A stretch of DNA of 64,000 nucleotides from the NCBI GenBank assembly GCA_008632985.1, contig QPGO01000057.1, positions 1 through 64,000 of the forward strand. Direction: 5' to 3'. The translations under genes and the position numbers were made by a program. The first letter of the stretch is position 1. Each line of letters opens with the position of its first letter. The DNA comes from Psammoneis japonica. Taxonomy: Eukaryota. This document shows positions 11,995-23,711 of this stretch, piece after piece. The notes under the pieces were generated by a model. It did not search any database. It saw nothing but the letters and a program-made list of their open reading frames with translations, and had not been told where the DNA came from.

Positions 11995-12696
11995 ATGCCC
12001 GGACCTTTGCGCATTAAGCTTGAACCAAGGCTTCTCATGAGAACCGCGATGGGCATTTCTGAAGCCTCTGATTGTTCCCGTTTCAAACGAGAAAGGAAAA
12101 GGCAAATTGATGAGGAAGCATCGAAGTCCGTCAGCACGGAGCCACTTGCGGAGCCAGACATTTGCGTTTGGATCAACCCCATTGGGATCAACCAGCGTCA
12201 CACCCATCTCAACAACTGTTCGCTGACAGATCACATGTGTGGGCCACCTCGTTCCTTGGACATTGATGCTTGGGTATGGTTTCGATTTTATTGTCGAATG
12301 AAACATGCCGAAAAGGAAAGAATTCAGGATCCATACTTCGTCATTAGCCTCCTCCTCTCTATTCTGTGGCTCGTCAACTTAGGAATTGCGTACTACTTCT
12401 ACAAAGAGAGCACTGTGTGGGAGGATTTTCTGTTGTGGGTTTTTGTCGTGTCATTCTGTTTGTTGACTGTCCTTCTAGGAATTGCAGAGAAACGAGGAGA
12501 AGCCAGGGTGAAATTGGCTTTGGAAAACGCGGTCAACAAAATGAAGCGAACCTTTGAGGTTCAGGGATACTATGTTTCACTTGGATTTGAATGCCATTGT
12601 TTACAAAGACTGAGTTCTACGTTCTTTTTCATCCAACCGGACTCGACCAGTGTCCTAAATTCTCCATCGCCGCCATGCCGACTTGAAAACCTTTGA
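11995..12696 (+). CDS. Hypothetical protein with two TM helices
   Basis: 233 aa ORF with two clear hydrophobic segments. Start and exon structure are uncertain. Confidence 0.5.
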   Translation: MPGPLRIKLEPRLLMRTAMGISEASDCSRFKRERKRQIDEEASKSVSTEPLAEPDICVWINPIGINQRHTHLNNCSLTDHMCGPPRSLDIDAWVWFRFYCRMKHAEKERIQDPYFVISLLLSILWLVNLGIAYYFYKESTVWEDFLLWVFVVSFCLLTVLLGIAEKRGEARVKLALENAVNKMKRTFEVQGYYVSLGFECHCLQRLSSTFFFIQPDSTSVLNSPSPPCRLENL

Positions 12697-13680
12697 TTCC
12701 ACATGTGGGCCTCGCTTGAAGGGCTATGGACACGCGTGGATAACGCCTCACACAAAACGAAAGATGGCTCACAAACATGCTTAGAACTCTCAGTACCATT
12801 AAGATCACGGGAACATGGAGCAAAGAAACTTTGAGGTATCGTAGGCATGATAGGATACGTTTTTGCTTTGGGCTTTGTGGTTGTACTTCCCAAACAGACG
12901 GCAGTGTTAATGGGAACACGCTCATCCTGGATGTGTTTTTAGGATTTAAATCTGATAAAACATATACAAAATGAGAAAGTACATCGAAGCAGATTCGACG
13001 GCCGATGACATTCCAGAGAGAATGCGTCCAACTCCTCCAACTGCTTGACAACTTGAAGGATGATGCACCTTTTATCCTCTAGGAAGCAGTCGCAGTGGAG
13101 CCTGTGTTTACTTTCGTAGCAAGAGTGGTGGGACCGTATGGAGAGTTCAAGGATCTAAACTGACGATCTATGGTGATTTATGGGATGATTATCTTACGGA
13201 CGTCGAGATTTCAATGGTGCACTTGAAGGGACCGGGACACAATACGAACGAGACGTGGAAGAGTTCGAAAAGCTGCACCAATGAGGGGACTACCAAACAT
13301 CCTTTGAAAGCCACTTATGAGAAAACAACGGTGTTGAACGAGTCGTTGTTTCTTCCTCTTGGTGGAACCACGGTCAACACCACCTAGATACGATTCACGT
13401 TGTTGCTCGAGAAACGCTATATTTTTTCATACATGGGATTGAAATTTGTTTCAATTCATGCTGGAATTGTAAAGGAGAGCAGAATGCATGCCTGCTAGAA
13501 TATCTTGCATGCGGATGGTTGTTGCGAATGAAACAGAGAAAGTATCTAATAGCCCGATATACAGTATAAACGGAACACGCTACGTAACAGTATCTATTTT
13601 TTGACAAAAACGGGCTAAATGAACAATATAAACGTATAATACGTACTAGTTGTAGAGCTTCATTCTGTTTCGTTTCCCAA

Positions 13681-14728
13681 CTAGAATTTGTTCCCCGACA
13701 AAAGTGTTCTAGCATCAAGTTTGGCATTAGGAACAGTGTTCATAGCTTGAGTAGGCGGTTTCCGTCCTCGACCTCCCCGTTTTTTAGGCGAAATATCCTC
13801 ATCGTCTTCCTTATCATCTTGTTGTTGCCACTCTTGTTCGACCGCTTGAGCCCCCTTTTGCCTTTCCTGCTTGTTGCGCAATACGCCTTGACTTGCGCCG
13901 AAGTTTTGGTACCAACCGACTTGGCAATAGCGTCTGGATCAGTCTTTCCAACTTTCATGGCATCTTGGCACTTCTAACTTCCTCTTCTGTCCACGCCACG
14001 CCCGTCGATGCCTTTCCGGGAGAACCCGCAGCAGCCGGTGGCTTTGTGTCGCTTGCAGGATTCGAGGTACTAATGTTGAGAAGTGGTGGCGGTGAGGCAA
14101 TATCGCTCTGAATTCTTCGACCGGTTCGCTGGTGGTGCAATTCCATGGCGGCACGAGCCAAGTGCTCCATCATGGCAGAGTCCATCTCGATATTAGAAGG
14201 AATAAGCTTTGCAAGCTCCTGCACCGACTTGTTGGCGCCTTCTGCGTCTCCCTGTCCGTCTGGTGTATCCGTACTTGGAGCAGGACTATCCTTTGTACTT
14301 CCATCAGGCGATTTAGCTTTGACGGGTGAGTCATCGACCGTTCGAGCTCGATCAAAGCGCTTGCCCAAGCCAACTAATCGCGCGTGAAGCAAGAGCTGGT
14401 ATGCACTCGCCATTTTGAGTCTCCCAAGAGCCTGAGCTTCCATGGCAGCACCCATGAGATCTTCTGCTTCTCCCAAGACAGCATCATAGACATTGACGGG
14501 CTTGTTCGCAGTCTCTGTTGTAGTGGTCGTTGTGGACTTTTCGTCCTTTTTCGACTTGCGCCTCTTTGTTCCCTTTTTGGAGGCCGTGCCTGGAAGCGCT
14601 CGTTTTGCAGACGTTTTAGGAGCCTTGGCAGCCGCGGCATTCATAGCAGTGATCTGCGCTGCAGTGAATTTCTTTGGAAGAGGCGGTTTTGATAAGGACG
14701 GGGGTAGATTGGGCGGTGGTGGTACCAT
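13681..14728 (-). pseudogene. SANT/Myb-domain nuclear protein, split by two apparent 1-nt frameshifts (pseudogene or assembly error)
   Basis: WTEEEV / KCQDAMKVGKTDPDAIAKSVGTKTSAQVKAY / LRNKQERQK lies across three consecutive frames, with shifts near 13975 and 13881. Lys-rich NLS-like tracts; ATG at 14728. Confidence 0.7.
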
Positions 14729-15175
14729 GGTTGCTTTGCGTTGAGCCTTTTGCTTTTCTATCCTCTCATCGCTCACGCTCTCTGGCGCGGAAAGGAGTCG
14801 TCGGAGTATGCGTAGCTTTTAACGTCTGCTAACGTTGCCACTAAATCTCGTTTTGGCGCGAAAACTTTGAATTGAAACTATTCATGTCCTTTGAAAGTAT
14901 ATCGGGCAGTGACATCGTCTGAAAGTCGGAACTCTCAAAAACGAAAACTGATGACTATTCTGCGTTGACCGCATTATTGTCAGGAAAAGAATTCGTGCCA
15001 AGTGGCATCAATACCGTCGCATTGCTCGTCACCGTTGAGTTCCAATTGATTGAAAAGCTGTTCTCTAGGGTGGTTCCATACACAGAAGCCCTTTGCAGCA
15101 GAAGCTAGGATCGAAAAGGCTCGATTAATTTCCTGACACGGTATCTTTCTCATTTCGCAAGTCAAGACCGAACAG

Positions 15176-16889
15176 ATGCGTCTTGTTAGCCCCAGGGTGA
15201 GAATTTCCTTTTGTATAGATTGCTTTCCTACAATTTACGAACTTTGTTCTTATCTACTTTTTTCTTGTATTCTTTCAGCTTCTTTCGGCCCAAAAATATG
15301 CTATTCAGTGTCGCCGACGTTTGGTAAAGGTACCGGTGCGGTACTTGGCAGTTTTAGACGACGCTCGCATGTGTCAGGAATCACACCCAATTTCTTTCTG
15401 TCGGAACAAGCAGACGCGGAGATTCGTATCAAGTACTCGTCCCCTGTTATCATCGGTTGCTGTTGATGACGATCACCAGGACAAGAAAGTTATTCCGTTT
15501 CTCCTTGCGGACATTGGAGAAGGCATTGCTGAGGTTGAGCTGATGCAGTGGTTTGTGGCACCAGGAGATTCTGTATCTCAATTCGATCGCATTTGTGAAG
15601 TTCAGAGTGATAAGGCTACTGTCGAAATTACCTCTCGCTATGACGGTGTCGTCGAATCGCTCAACGGTCAAGTAGGAGACATGATTGCGGTGGGGTCGCC
15701 CCTCTTGCATATTGCTGTGACGGACGATGGCGGCGGCGATGCTGATGCATCCACAGAGTTTCATGCTGCACCGACGCTAAACAACGTGGACGACGAACAA
15801 GACAAATTACATATACCTCGTGTGGCGTCTACCTTTCAAATAGAAGGAGACGAAGAATCAGGCGCAGCTCCAAAACAAAAAGTTGCTGCGACTCCTGCTG
15901 TACGAAAGCTGGGAATGGATTATAATATTGATTTGAGCACAATTGTTGGAACTGGTCCGGGTGGACGGGTCCTCAAGTCGGACGTGCTCCAATTACTGAA
16001 GGACCGGGGTCTTTACAAGGAAGAAACTCCTCAACAAGAGCCAACCACTCAAGCCGCAAGCGACACTCGCCCTCCAAAACCAGATATTGAGGTACCCTCG
16101 GGTCAAGATACTACCGTACCGATCCGTGGTTACAACCGACTCATGGTGAAATCAATGACGGCATCACTACAAGTTCCTCAAATGGTCTATTCAGACGAGA
16201 TCAATATGAATACGGTTCGACAATGCCGCGAGGAACTCAAACCCCTAGCCGAATCGCATGGCGTCAAGCTGTCCTTTTTACCTTTTGCAGTCAAGGCAGC
16301 TTCCTTGGCATTGAAAGAGTACCCTGTTCTTAATGCTAGTATCAACACTGAGGAATCAACACTCACATATCACGGCAATCATAACATTGGGGTAGCCATG
16401 GACACCGCTCGGGGATTGGCCGTGCCGGTTATAAAGAATTGTCAGGATCTCTCTGTTTTAGATATTGCAAAGGAGCTCGGTCGTCTTCAACAAGCAGCGT
16501 CAGATGGGAATCTATCCGAAGATGATATAAGTGGGCCCACGTTTAGTCTCAGCAACATTGGCGCCATTGGTGGGACCTGTAAGTGCTTTCTGACCATGTT
16601 CTCTGCGATTCAATGTGAGGCTCGTCGCTGACACTTTTATTCTGTCGGTTTGATGCTTCCAATAGATATGTCTCCTGTTGTCACGCCACCCCAGGTAGCA
16701 ATTGGAGCAATGGGGAGAGTTCAACGGCTTCCTCGCTTTGTTGGTGACAGTGTGGAAGAAGTTCACATTATGCAAATTTCATGGGGAGGCGACCACCGTG
16801 TCATTGACGGCGCGTCCATGGCAAGATTTAGCAACCAATGGAAGGCGTACATGGAATCGCCAATGTCCATGGTCTTTTCGCTAAAGTGA
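15176..16889 (+). CDS. DBT: Branched-chain 2-oxoacid dehydrogenase E2 (dihydrolipoamide branched-chain acyltransferase), mitochondrial
   Basis: Lipoyl domain EVQSDKATVEITSRYDG, E3-binding ATPAVRK...GTGPGGRVLKSD and catalytic SWGGDHRVIDG. Introns 15197-15278 and 16579-16665 restore the frame. Confidence 0.95.
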
Positions 16890-17059
16890 GATTTTTTGTA
16901 GATAGATAGAAATCTTACCTTTACCGTGCAGTATTCGTATTCAACAGGCTAGAAGCATCAGTCAGCAGGTGGTACTGCAGCTGTGAGAGAGACGAAGTCA
17001 CGAAAACAATAAAAAAAATTGAAGGGCGGAAGCGGACAACCGACGCCTTCCTTGCGACA

Positions 17060-17150
17060 TTCGCCTTACTCTACTACAGTGATAGGAGAATGCAGTAGCT
17101 ATTAGCTCTCTCTCTCTCTAGAGAGAGAGTTAGTAGAGTAAAGAGAATAG
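17060..17150. repeat. CT/AG island with a perfect 20-bp palindrome
   Basis: ctctctctctagagagagag at 17110-17129. Confidence 0.8.
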
Positions 17151-17484
17151 TCGAAGTCTTGGTTCTACACTAGAGATAACATCCGGGTCATCTAAATTAT
17201 AAACTTCTAGAAACCTGTATACCACATGAATTGGAACAACGAGGAAGCCACATCAGCACAAATTTGACACTCTTTTCTCTCTTTTTGGTCCTTCTTCTCT
17301 GTTCCTCTCATGCAGTCGGCAAACGCACTGGCGCATCGTCAGAAATCTTGCCTCACATTTTGCAAACAGGTAAGTTTTCACAAGACCGAAGAAAGGTTCT
17401 ATCCATTCATTCCTGTTGATCTTGCATGTTCTCACAGCGAGTGGTCTTTGTTTCATACGACAAGCAGTGAGAAGTTGCGTGAAA

Positions 17485-18960
17485 ATGACTCTTACAGTGT
17501 GCGTAGGATCTTCGGGATCAGGCAAAACTACTTTTTTGAATGATGTGCACCGGAGTCACAAGTGCACCTACATTCGCCAATACCATTCTATGAGGCCTTA
17601 CATCAAGGTCTCGAAGATTCCAAACTTCGATCCGACGTCGTTACCCTACTGGAAGGTGTACGAAGAGGAAGGGAAAGCTGATTCGATTCAAGTTGGAGGA
17701 ACCATGGCCGGTGAATTCACGGCGGGGCTTTCCGGAGGACAACGCAAGTTGCTGCTGTTTGAGCTCATCTACCAGCGAACGGTTCAACAGAAGAGTCTAC
17801 TGATTTGCCTAGACGAACCTTTCGCAGGAGTGACGGATGACTTTGTTCCATTCATTGTGGAGCGCTTGAATGAGATGCGCAAGAATCACAACATCTTGCT
17901 TGTGACCAACGATCACGTTCAGACTCTTACGGATATGAGTGACAACACCATTACGGTCTCTGCGATTGATCGGACGAAGGTCAAGATCAATGACCACGAA
18001 GAGGTTGATAGGGAAAAGGCTCTTCTCGCAATGTCTCTGGGTGATGACTACGTCTACAACGCGTCGAGTGACGATCTTCGCTTCTTCTTTGACGTTGAAG
18101 TTTTCGGAAACAAGGCCCTCTTCGGTATCGGTGCATTCACCGTCTTTTCCTTTGCATTGTTTCTTGCAACCTTTTGGGACAGTGACCCAGACAATGCTGC
18201 CTTGGTGTTGATTGGAGGGGGGATTGTTGCGTATTTCTGCCTCAACCCGTATCTTCTTGCTTTGGTTGACTGGCGAAACTTCATGACAGAAGAAGCGGAA
18301 GCGTTGATGCACAGTTCCAAGGGTCTGAACAAGAATCTCAAGTCGACCGTGGCAGTTGTACTGATTCTCATAATTGCACTCATCGAATACGGGTGTGTGA
18401 ATGCGGTCACGACTGGACTTGAAGATCCTTATTACCTTGCTGCGATATTCTTTGATTCGGGTTCCATGACGTTTCCATTCATTTGCTTGGGCATATACTC
18501 GCCCCTGCCATTTCAAGCGGTTGAGCTACTTGGAAGTCTTCCGTTCCTGATGATGATCTTCTTTAGTACTACTTTCAGTCCTGGTGCAGGAGTTGAGTTC
18601 TTCAAGGAGTTCCGCTACTTGTTCTCAAGGTTCTATTTCTGGTGTCGCGTTCCAGTGGTTGAAGACGACATGGAAGGCTGCCCATCGGATGACATCAACC
18701 TTTTGTATCTTATCTTGAGCGCGCTGTTGGGTCTCTTCCTTTTCGCATGTGTCAAGGTTTTCATGACGATGAGAAAGAAATCCAGGAAAGCGAAAGAGGA
18801 GATTCGAGCAGAGTCTTTCAAGGATGGACAGTTCCACCAGCTACAAAAGGAACTGTACGGAGAAAGAGCTTTTCGCAAATTGCAGCACATGGACAGTGAC
18901 TCGAAGCTAAGTACCGCGAACACCGACATGAGCGTTGAACAAGGAGAAGAAAGTGTTTGA
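17485..18960 (+). CDS. ABC transporter, NBD-TMD (ABCG-like half-transporter topology)
   Basis: Walker A GSSGSGKTT, signature LSGGQRK, Walker B ICLDEPF and H-loop region TNDH, followed by about 6 TM helices. Confidence 0.88.
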   Translation: MTLTVCVGSSGSGKTTFLNDVHRSHKCTYIRQYHSMRPYIKVSKIPNFDPTSLPYWKVYEEEGKADSIQVGGTMAGEFTAGLSGGQRKLLLFELIYQRTVQQKSLLICLDEPFAGVTDDFVPFIVERLNEMRKNHNILLVTNDHVQTLTDMSDNTITVSAIDRTKVKINDHEEVDREKALLAMSLGDDYVYNASSDDLRFFFDVEVFGNKALFGIGAFTVFSFALFLATFWDSDPDNAALVLIGGGIVAYFCLNPYLLALVDWRNFMTEEAEALMHSSKGLNKNLKSTVAVVLILIIALIEYGCVNAVTTGLEDPYYLAAIFFDSGSMTFPFICLGIYSPLPFQAVELLGSLPFLMMIFFSTTFSPGAGVEFFKEFRYLFSRFYFWCRVPVVEDDMEGCPSDDINLLYLILSALLGLFLFACVKVFMTMRKKSRKAKEEIRAESFKDGQFHQLQKELYGERAFRKLQHMDSDSKLSTANTDMSVEQGEESV

Positions 18961-19070
18961 AGCAGGATACAAGTAATATCACAGTAATACGGCCGTTCTC
19001 TCTCGATCTCTCCCTAGAGTAGAGCCAAAGGGATACCTAGAAATTCTTCAAAATCATATATCTTTCTAAC

Positions 19071-20372
19071 TTATGCACGTATTGGGGCAGGACTCACGCT
19101 ATCCCGCCATCTCCCCGCCATCCTATAGTCTTGTCTCTCGTGTTTCTTCGTTGGAGCATTTAGACTTTTTCGTAGAGGCGAGACAGACCGGTCGCCCCCA
19201 CGACGCGGCGCGGGAGCAATGTCCAGCTTCTTCTCTTGGTATCTCACCTCATACTTGATGGCTCTTTGAATCTCTTTCATTGGAGGTCGGAGACATGGGT
19301 TACGAAGCCAACCCCATTTCATAACATTGCATAAGTGTGTCGACCACGAAGGATCAAGCTTTGGGCGGCCGTGACCTTTGACAATTAGGTCCAAATGGTC
19401 TTTCTTGGTCATGCCGCTGAAGGGCTCTTTCAAGGCGCAAATCTGCCACAACATGATTGAAAAGCTGTAAGTGTCCGCGCTAAGGCCATATGGTTCACTC
19501 AGTGCAACCTCGGGTGCCATGTATCGACGAGACCCAGTCTTGCCAGACATGTCGTACATATCATTTGCTTTCAATTCCCTCGGATTCAGCTCCTTAGCAA
19601 GGCCAAAATCGAATATTTTGACTGTGCCTTTTGCATCGAATCCTACATTGTCTGGCTTCATATCACGGAATACAATACTCATTTTGTGCATATGACGCAG
19701 CGCCGATGCCAAATCGTAGGCGACACGAATGCGATCTAGAAACAAGGTTCGAATCTTGGCCTGAGTCGCATCCCTTTGCGGCCCCATCTCAAGGACTTCC
19801 TGTCTTCCTCTCCAGGCATCAATTCTCTTGTCCAAGGTGTCGAATAGTCTGTCAACAAGCAGGAAGTACCCGCCCTCTACTCCTTGAGCAAACCCTTGAG
19901 CACCTGCAGCCGCCAACCCCCGTAATCGAATGATGTTAGGATGAGGCTTCATACTTGCAAGCAGTTTGGTCTCTACCATGAGATCTGCTGCACCGTTGCA
20001 GTAGTCTTCCGGATTATTCATGACCTCTCTGTTGAGAAACTTGACAGCATACCGGTTGCGTGAAGCCCTAACGCAGACATGTTTTCGGGCATGTAGTTGT
20101 TGCTCATCCAAGTCCATGCTCGTGATACTCAACAGGTTCATACGCTTTAACTCATACACGCTGTTGAAACCACCACTTCCCAAAAAGCCACCCAGCACAA
20201 TCTCTTCAAGCTCAAATCTAGGAATCGCTGCCTCTACCTTGGGGTCGATGATTTGTGAGTACTTTTCCAATTCTTCTCCTATCCTTGTTGCACAGGTCAT
20301 TGCCATTCGGCAGATCATTGGATCTGCACCATTTGCTATAGAGTCTTGTGCCTTTGGACTCATGTTGGGCAT
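19071..20372 (-). CDS. Ser/Thr protein kinase (diatom-expanded type)
   Basis: Motifs GSGGFNSV, AVK, HPNII, FRDMKPDN, DFGLAK, YMAPE and DTYSF. Confidence 0.95.
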   Translation of the reverse strand: MPNMSPKAQDSIANGADPMICRMAMTCATRIGEELEKYSQIIDPKVEAAIPRFELEEIVLGGFLGSGGFNSVYELKRMNLLSITSMDLDEQQLHARKHVCVRASRNRYAVKFLNREVMNNPEDYCNGAADLMVETKLLASMKPHPNIIRLRGLAAAGAQGFAQGVEGGYFLLVDRLFDTLDKRIDAWRGRQEVLEMGPQRDATQAKIRTLFLDRIRVAYDLASALRHMHKMSIVFRDMKPDNVGFDAKGTVKIFDFGLAKELNPRELKANDMYDMSGKTGSRRYMAPEVALSEPYGLSADTYSFSIMLWQICALKEPFSGMTKKDHLDLIVKGHGRPKLDPSWSTHLCNVMKWGWLRNPCLRPPMKEIQRAIKYEVRYQEKKLDIAPAPRRGGDRSVSPLRKSLNAPTKKHERQDYRMAGRWRDSVSPAPIRA

Positions 20373-20694
20373 TTACAATAGTTGGTGTGAAACAAAGAAC
20401 TTCCCTCTGGATGGTATTCCAACAACACCGTCACGCACACGACACCCGCTTCCACGCACAACCCACCACCTTTCCCCGCAATGTCCCAGTCATTATGGGC
20501 ATTAGCGAGCTTACTTAAAAGGGGTTTTCATTATTTCTCCAGGCTAGCTCGCACGTACGTTGCACGAAATGACTTCAGCCTGGCTGAATGACATTGTCAC
20601 ATAATTTGTATTTGTCCGATCGACATACGGGACTGTGCCGTTCACACCATCGTACAGCACTACTTCGTACAGTACTCGTACAGTAGTATGGTGC

Positions 20695-22975
20695 TTCAGA
20701 GAGGAGTCATTTTGGAGAAATCATTAATGACCGAGACAATGTCTGCACTCATCTGAACCGCCGACTGCTTGCAACAACAAATAGAGAAGTGTTGCAAGGG
20801 TGCGCCAAGCAGCTGCTCCTTGGATGTGCGGCAAGCCCCCCAGCTGCCTTTGGGCAGGAGCTCACAGAGGGGATTGTGACAACTTGCATTTTTTGATGTC
20901 CAGGCCTTGTCCAGGCACAAAACTCATGCACATTTTTCAGCGCAACTCCACTTGACAACTTTCAACATTTGTTGCGCAGATGTCTGCAGAGAGCAGCCAT
21001 GCCAAGCAGATCATCCAAGAGGAGCTCCAAACATGAAAAGGATCAGCAGAACAGCAAAAGCAGCTGTGCTTGTTTTGATGCCAAAGATGAGCATGTTCAT
21101 TGCCCACATGCACAAGCTCTGTGGATGAGCTCACCACACGGAATCTCATGGAAGACAAGTGCCCAAAACATTTCCACCTGGAGCTGCAAAAAGCACTGTC
21201 TTGTGTTGTGTGGCAGCGCGCCATTGTTGATGCCCCCTTCTCAGACTCACTCTCAGCAAAAATGTTGTCATGTCCAACAGAGCACAGCATGTCAAGCTGT
21301 GTCCTTGGCACTCGCCAAGAGCTGTTTGCCCCTCACCTTGTTGCTGCTTGCTTCTGGACAACAAGGGCGCACAAAGCCAAAGCTTGTGTTGATTCCTCCA
21401 GCCACAGACACACACTCTTTTCATGTTTTGCATGCCCCCAGCAGAGTTGGAGTGCAACACATCAAGCTGTGTCTTCACCAAGAGCTGTGTGTCCCTCATG
21501 TCACTCTGACAAGTTTGAGCACACACACGCCTGCACTGCGCAGTTCAAACCTGTGGCCCACAAAACCACGACCCAGCTAAAAAGGCTGTGTGATGTTTGC
21601 AGACCTGCATGTCAACAATGAATGGAGCACATCAGTGTGCAAATGTTGTGAATGTGCTGCACCTTTGAATTTTGCAGCCAACGCACATCCACAAATGCTG
21701 TTGACTGGGAGGTCTGTTTGCAGCTGGGCCAGGTGACATGTGAATCAACCTTTTTTAAGCAGTCACTTTTGCACCTGATGTCTGCCTGGCTTCCTGGTCA
21801 ATCAATGAAAAAAACCTCTTGGGGGAGCTTGGATCCTTGACCAGCAAACACACACATGATGTCACACCACCGCCGCCAATGCTGCAAACTTTGGCGCAGA
21901 TGCAACCTGGGCATTGGAGTTTTGATTGGATGCATGACAGAGCTTCAAAGCTCTGAAGCTTGGCTGGAGTGACACAAACCCTTTTTGGATCCCTGCTGAT
22001 TTTGCCATGCTTGGCAAACAGCACTGGCGGCTTTGAGAGGGAAAAATTCAATGGCGCACATCATCGGAAGTGGGGAAACAAAAGAAAAATGCAAACGGCT
22101 TTCTTGGTGCAGCAGAAAGAGCTGCTCAAAAGCCAGAATGACATGAGTGCTGAGCAAGCATCAAAGATGCATGTCAGTCAAAGAGCACTCTGCCCCGGCA
22201 CAATCTGCCTCACTTCAAACAACACTGGCTCCTCTGGCCAGCCAGTGGCCGCGGCTGTCAGGAGCCAAAGAAAGTTAAAAACACGTCCCAGCTCTGGGCA
22301 AAATCTTGCAGTGCTGGATGTGGACAGCAGTTTTTTGTCATGCACTGCACAAAAGTCAGTCACACTTTGAAGCACGCAACTTGACAACAAATCAAAGTGG
22401 CTCGCAGCACACTCTTGTTCCAGCTGTGTGCAGCAGCACAGTCATCAACCCAGCGAGTGGACACTGTGACAGCCAAAAGATCTGCAAAAGCACACTCTGC
22501 AGTGTCTGATGAATGTGCTGGGGAGCACATCTCATTGTCCTGCAAATGAGCATTTTTCTTGCACTGGTGTCGGTTCACTGCAAAAACAACTTCTTTGAGA
22601 CAAGGCAATTTTCTCGTTGTGCGGAGGAGCTGTCGTGTGCAAATTTGCACCAGCCACACATGTTTGTTTGAAAATGTCTTGCCCTGTCATGTTGAAGTCT
22701 CACCTGGGGCCAGAGTTTGCCCAAATGCCCTTGACACACAATTTGACAAAGTTGTTGGGGTCACGCGTTTGAGCTGTGCCAAAGCCACTTCTTGTGCACC
22801 TGTTGCCATCCCCGAGCACAACACACACAGAACTCACCAGACAGCAGAGACGTGCCCTTTGTGACAGTCTTGCAGTGGACCACTGAGCCATGCTGCGACT
22901 GCAGTGCTGTTGTCAGTGTTGAATCTCAAAAGAAAATGAGAACAAACTGTGAAGGCAACAGCTGATGACCGAAAG
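20695..22975. repeat. TpA/CpG-depleted degenerate block 2 (probable TE relic, family not identifiable)
   Basis: Hand count at 21001-21300: 0 TA and 3 CG in 300 bp. No intact ORF. Confidence 0.75.
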
Positions 22976-23210
22976 CCATGTAGAGAAAGATCTATCCACG
23001 TTCAACGTGCGTGCGTGGTCGAACGGGTATGCTCGGTCAAACATCATCATGACGTCAAATTGACACAGAACAGGTGATGCCGAATGATGAGAATGCATTT
23101 TCTTCACACAATGGGAGAGGAAGAAAACGATTCCTCATCCGTTCGCTCCTCTCCTCCCCTCCCCTACCCGTTTTTACAGGAGGATACGCTCCACTGCCAC
23201 ATCTCAAAGC

Positions 23211-23711
23211 ATGAACTCGAGAGAGGTGATAGAAAAAGGCGATGATGGAACCCCTTTAGAAAAGAGTTCTCCGGGAGACAGCTCGGTAGGGTTCGCATCC
23301 TCCGACTGTTCCACTTCTTCCAGTACGTCGACCCAAAAGTCTGTTTCGTTCGACAGTGTACAAATCAGAGAGTTCCCTCGTGTTTTGGGAGACCACCCCG
23401 CTTGTATCGGGCCAGCTTTAGCCCTCTCAAACACGTGTGTGTGTTTCGAAGAACGAAGCGTTGACGAGTTTGAAGCCCGCCGCAAACGAACCAAAGATGT
23501 CTCAAAAATATCCTATATGCGGAGGTGGAACATACTAGAGAACAGTTGCGGATATACTATGGAAGAAATCAACTCAGCCGAGAACGAGGCCTCACGGATT
23601 CGACGACAACGCGAACGAACGAATCAACTATTGTATCTGAGCAAGATCGAGTACGGCTTCGAGTCTCTCGGTCGGAAACTACGAAGACGTTTCGGTCGCA
23701 GTGCGGCTTAA
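23211..23711 (+). CDS. Diatom-type hypothetical protein (KSVSF..VQIRE...LGDHP motif family)
   Basis: 166 aa ORF with an RVxF-like KSVSF motif followed by GDHPAC.GPALAL and SVDEFEARR, a pattern I recognise from expanded diatom families. Confidence 0.75.
   Translation: MNSREVIEKGDDGTPLEKSSPGDSSVGFASSDCSTSSSTSTQKSVSFDSVQIREFPRVLGDHPACIGPALALSNTCVCFEERSVDEFEARRKRTKDVSKISYMRRWNILENSCGYTMEEINSAENEASRIRRQRERTNQLLYLSKIEYGFESLGRKLRRRFGRSAA

Noticed and set aside
12700..13390. Possible gene remnant between the TM protein and the SANT gene
   Set aside because: Only short interrupted frames with no recognisable motif.
15298..15330. Apparent frameshift at the start of the E2 gene (ATG 15298 out of frame)
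   Set aside because: Resolved by an upstream exon from ATG 15176 and GT-AG intron 15197-15278.
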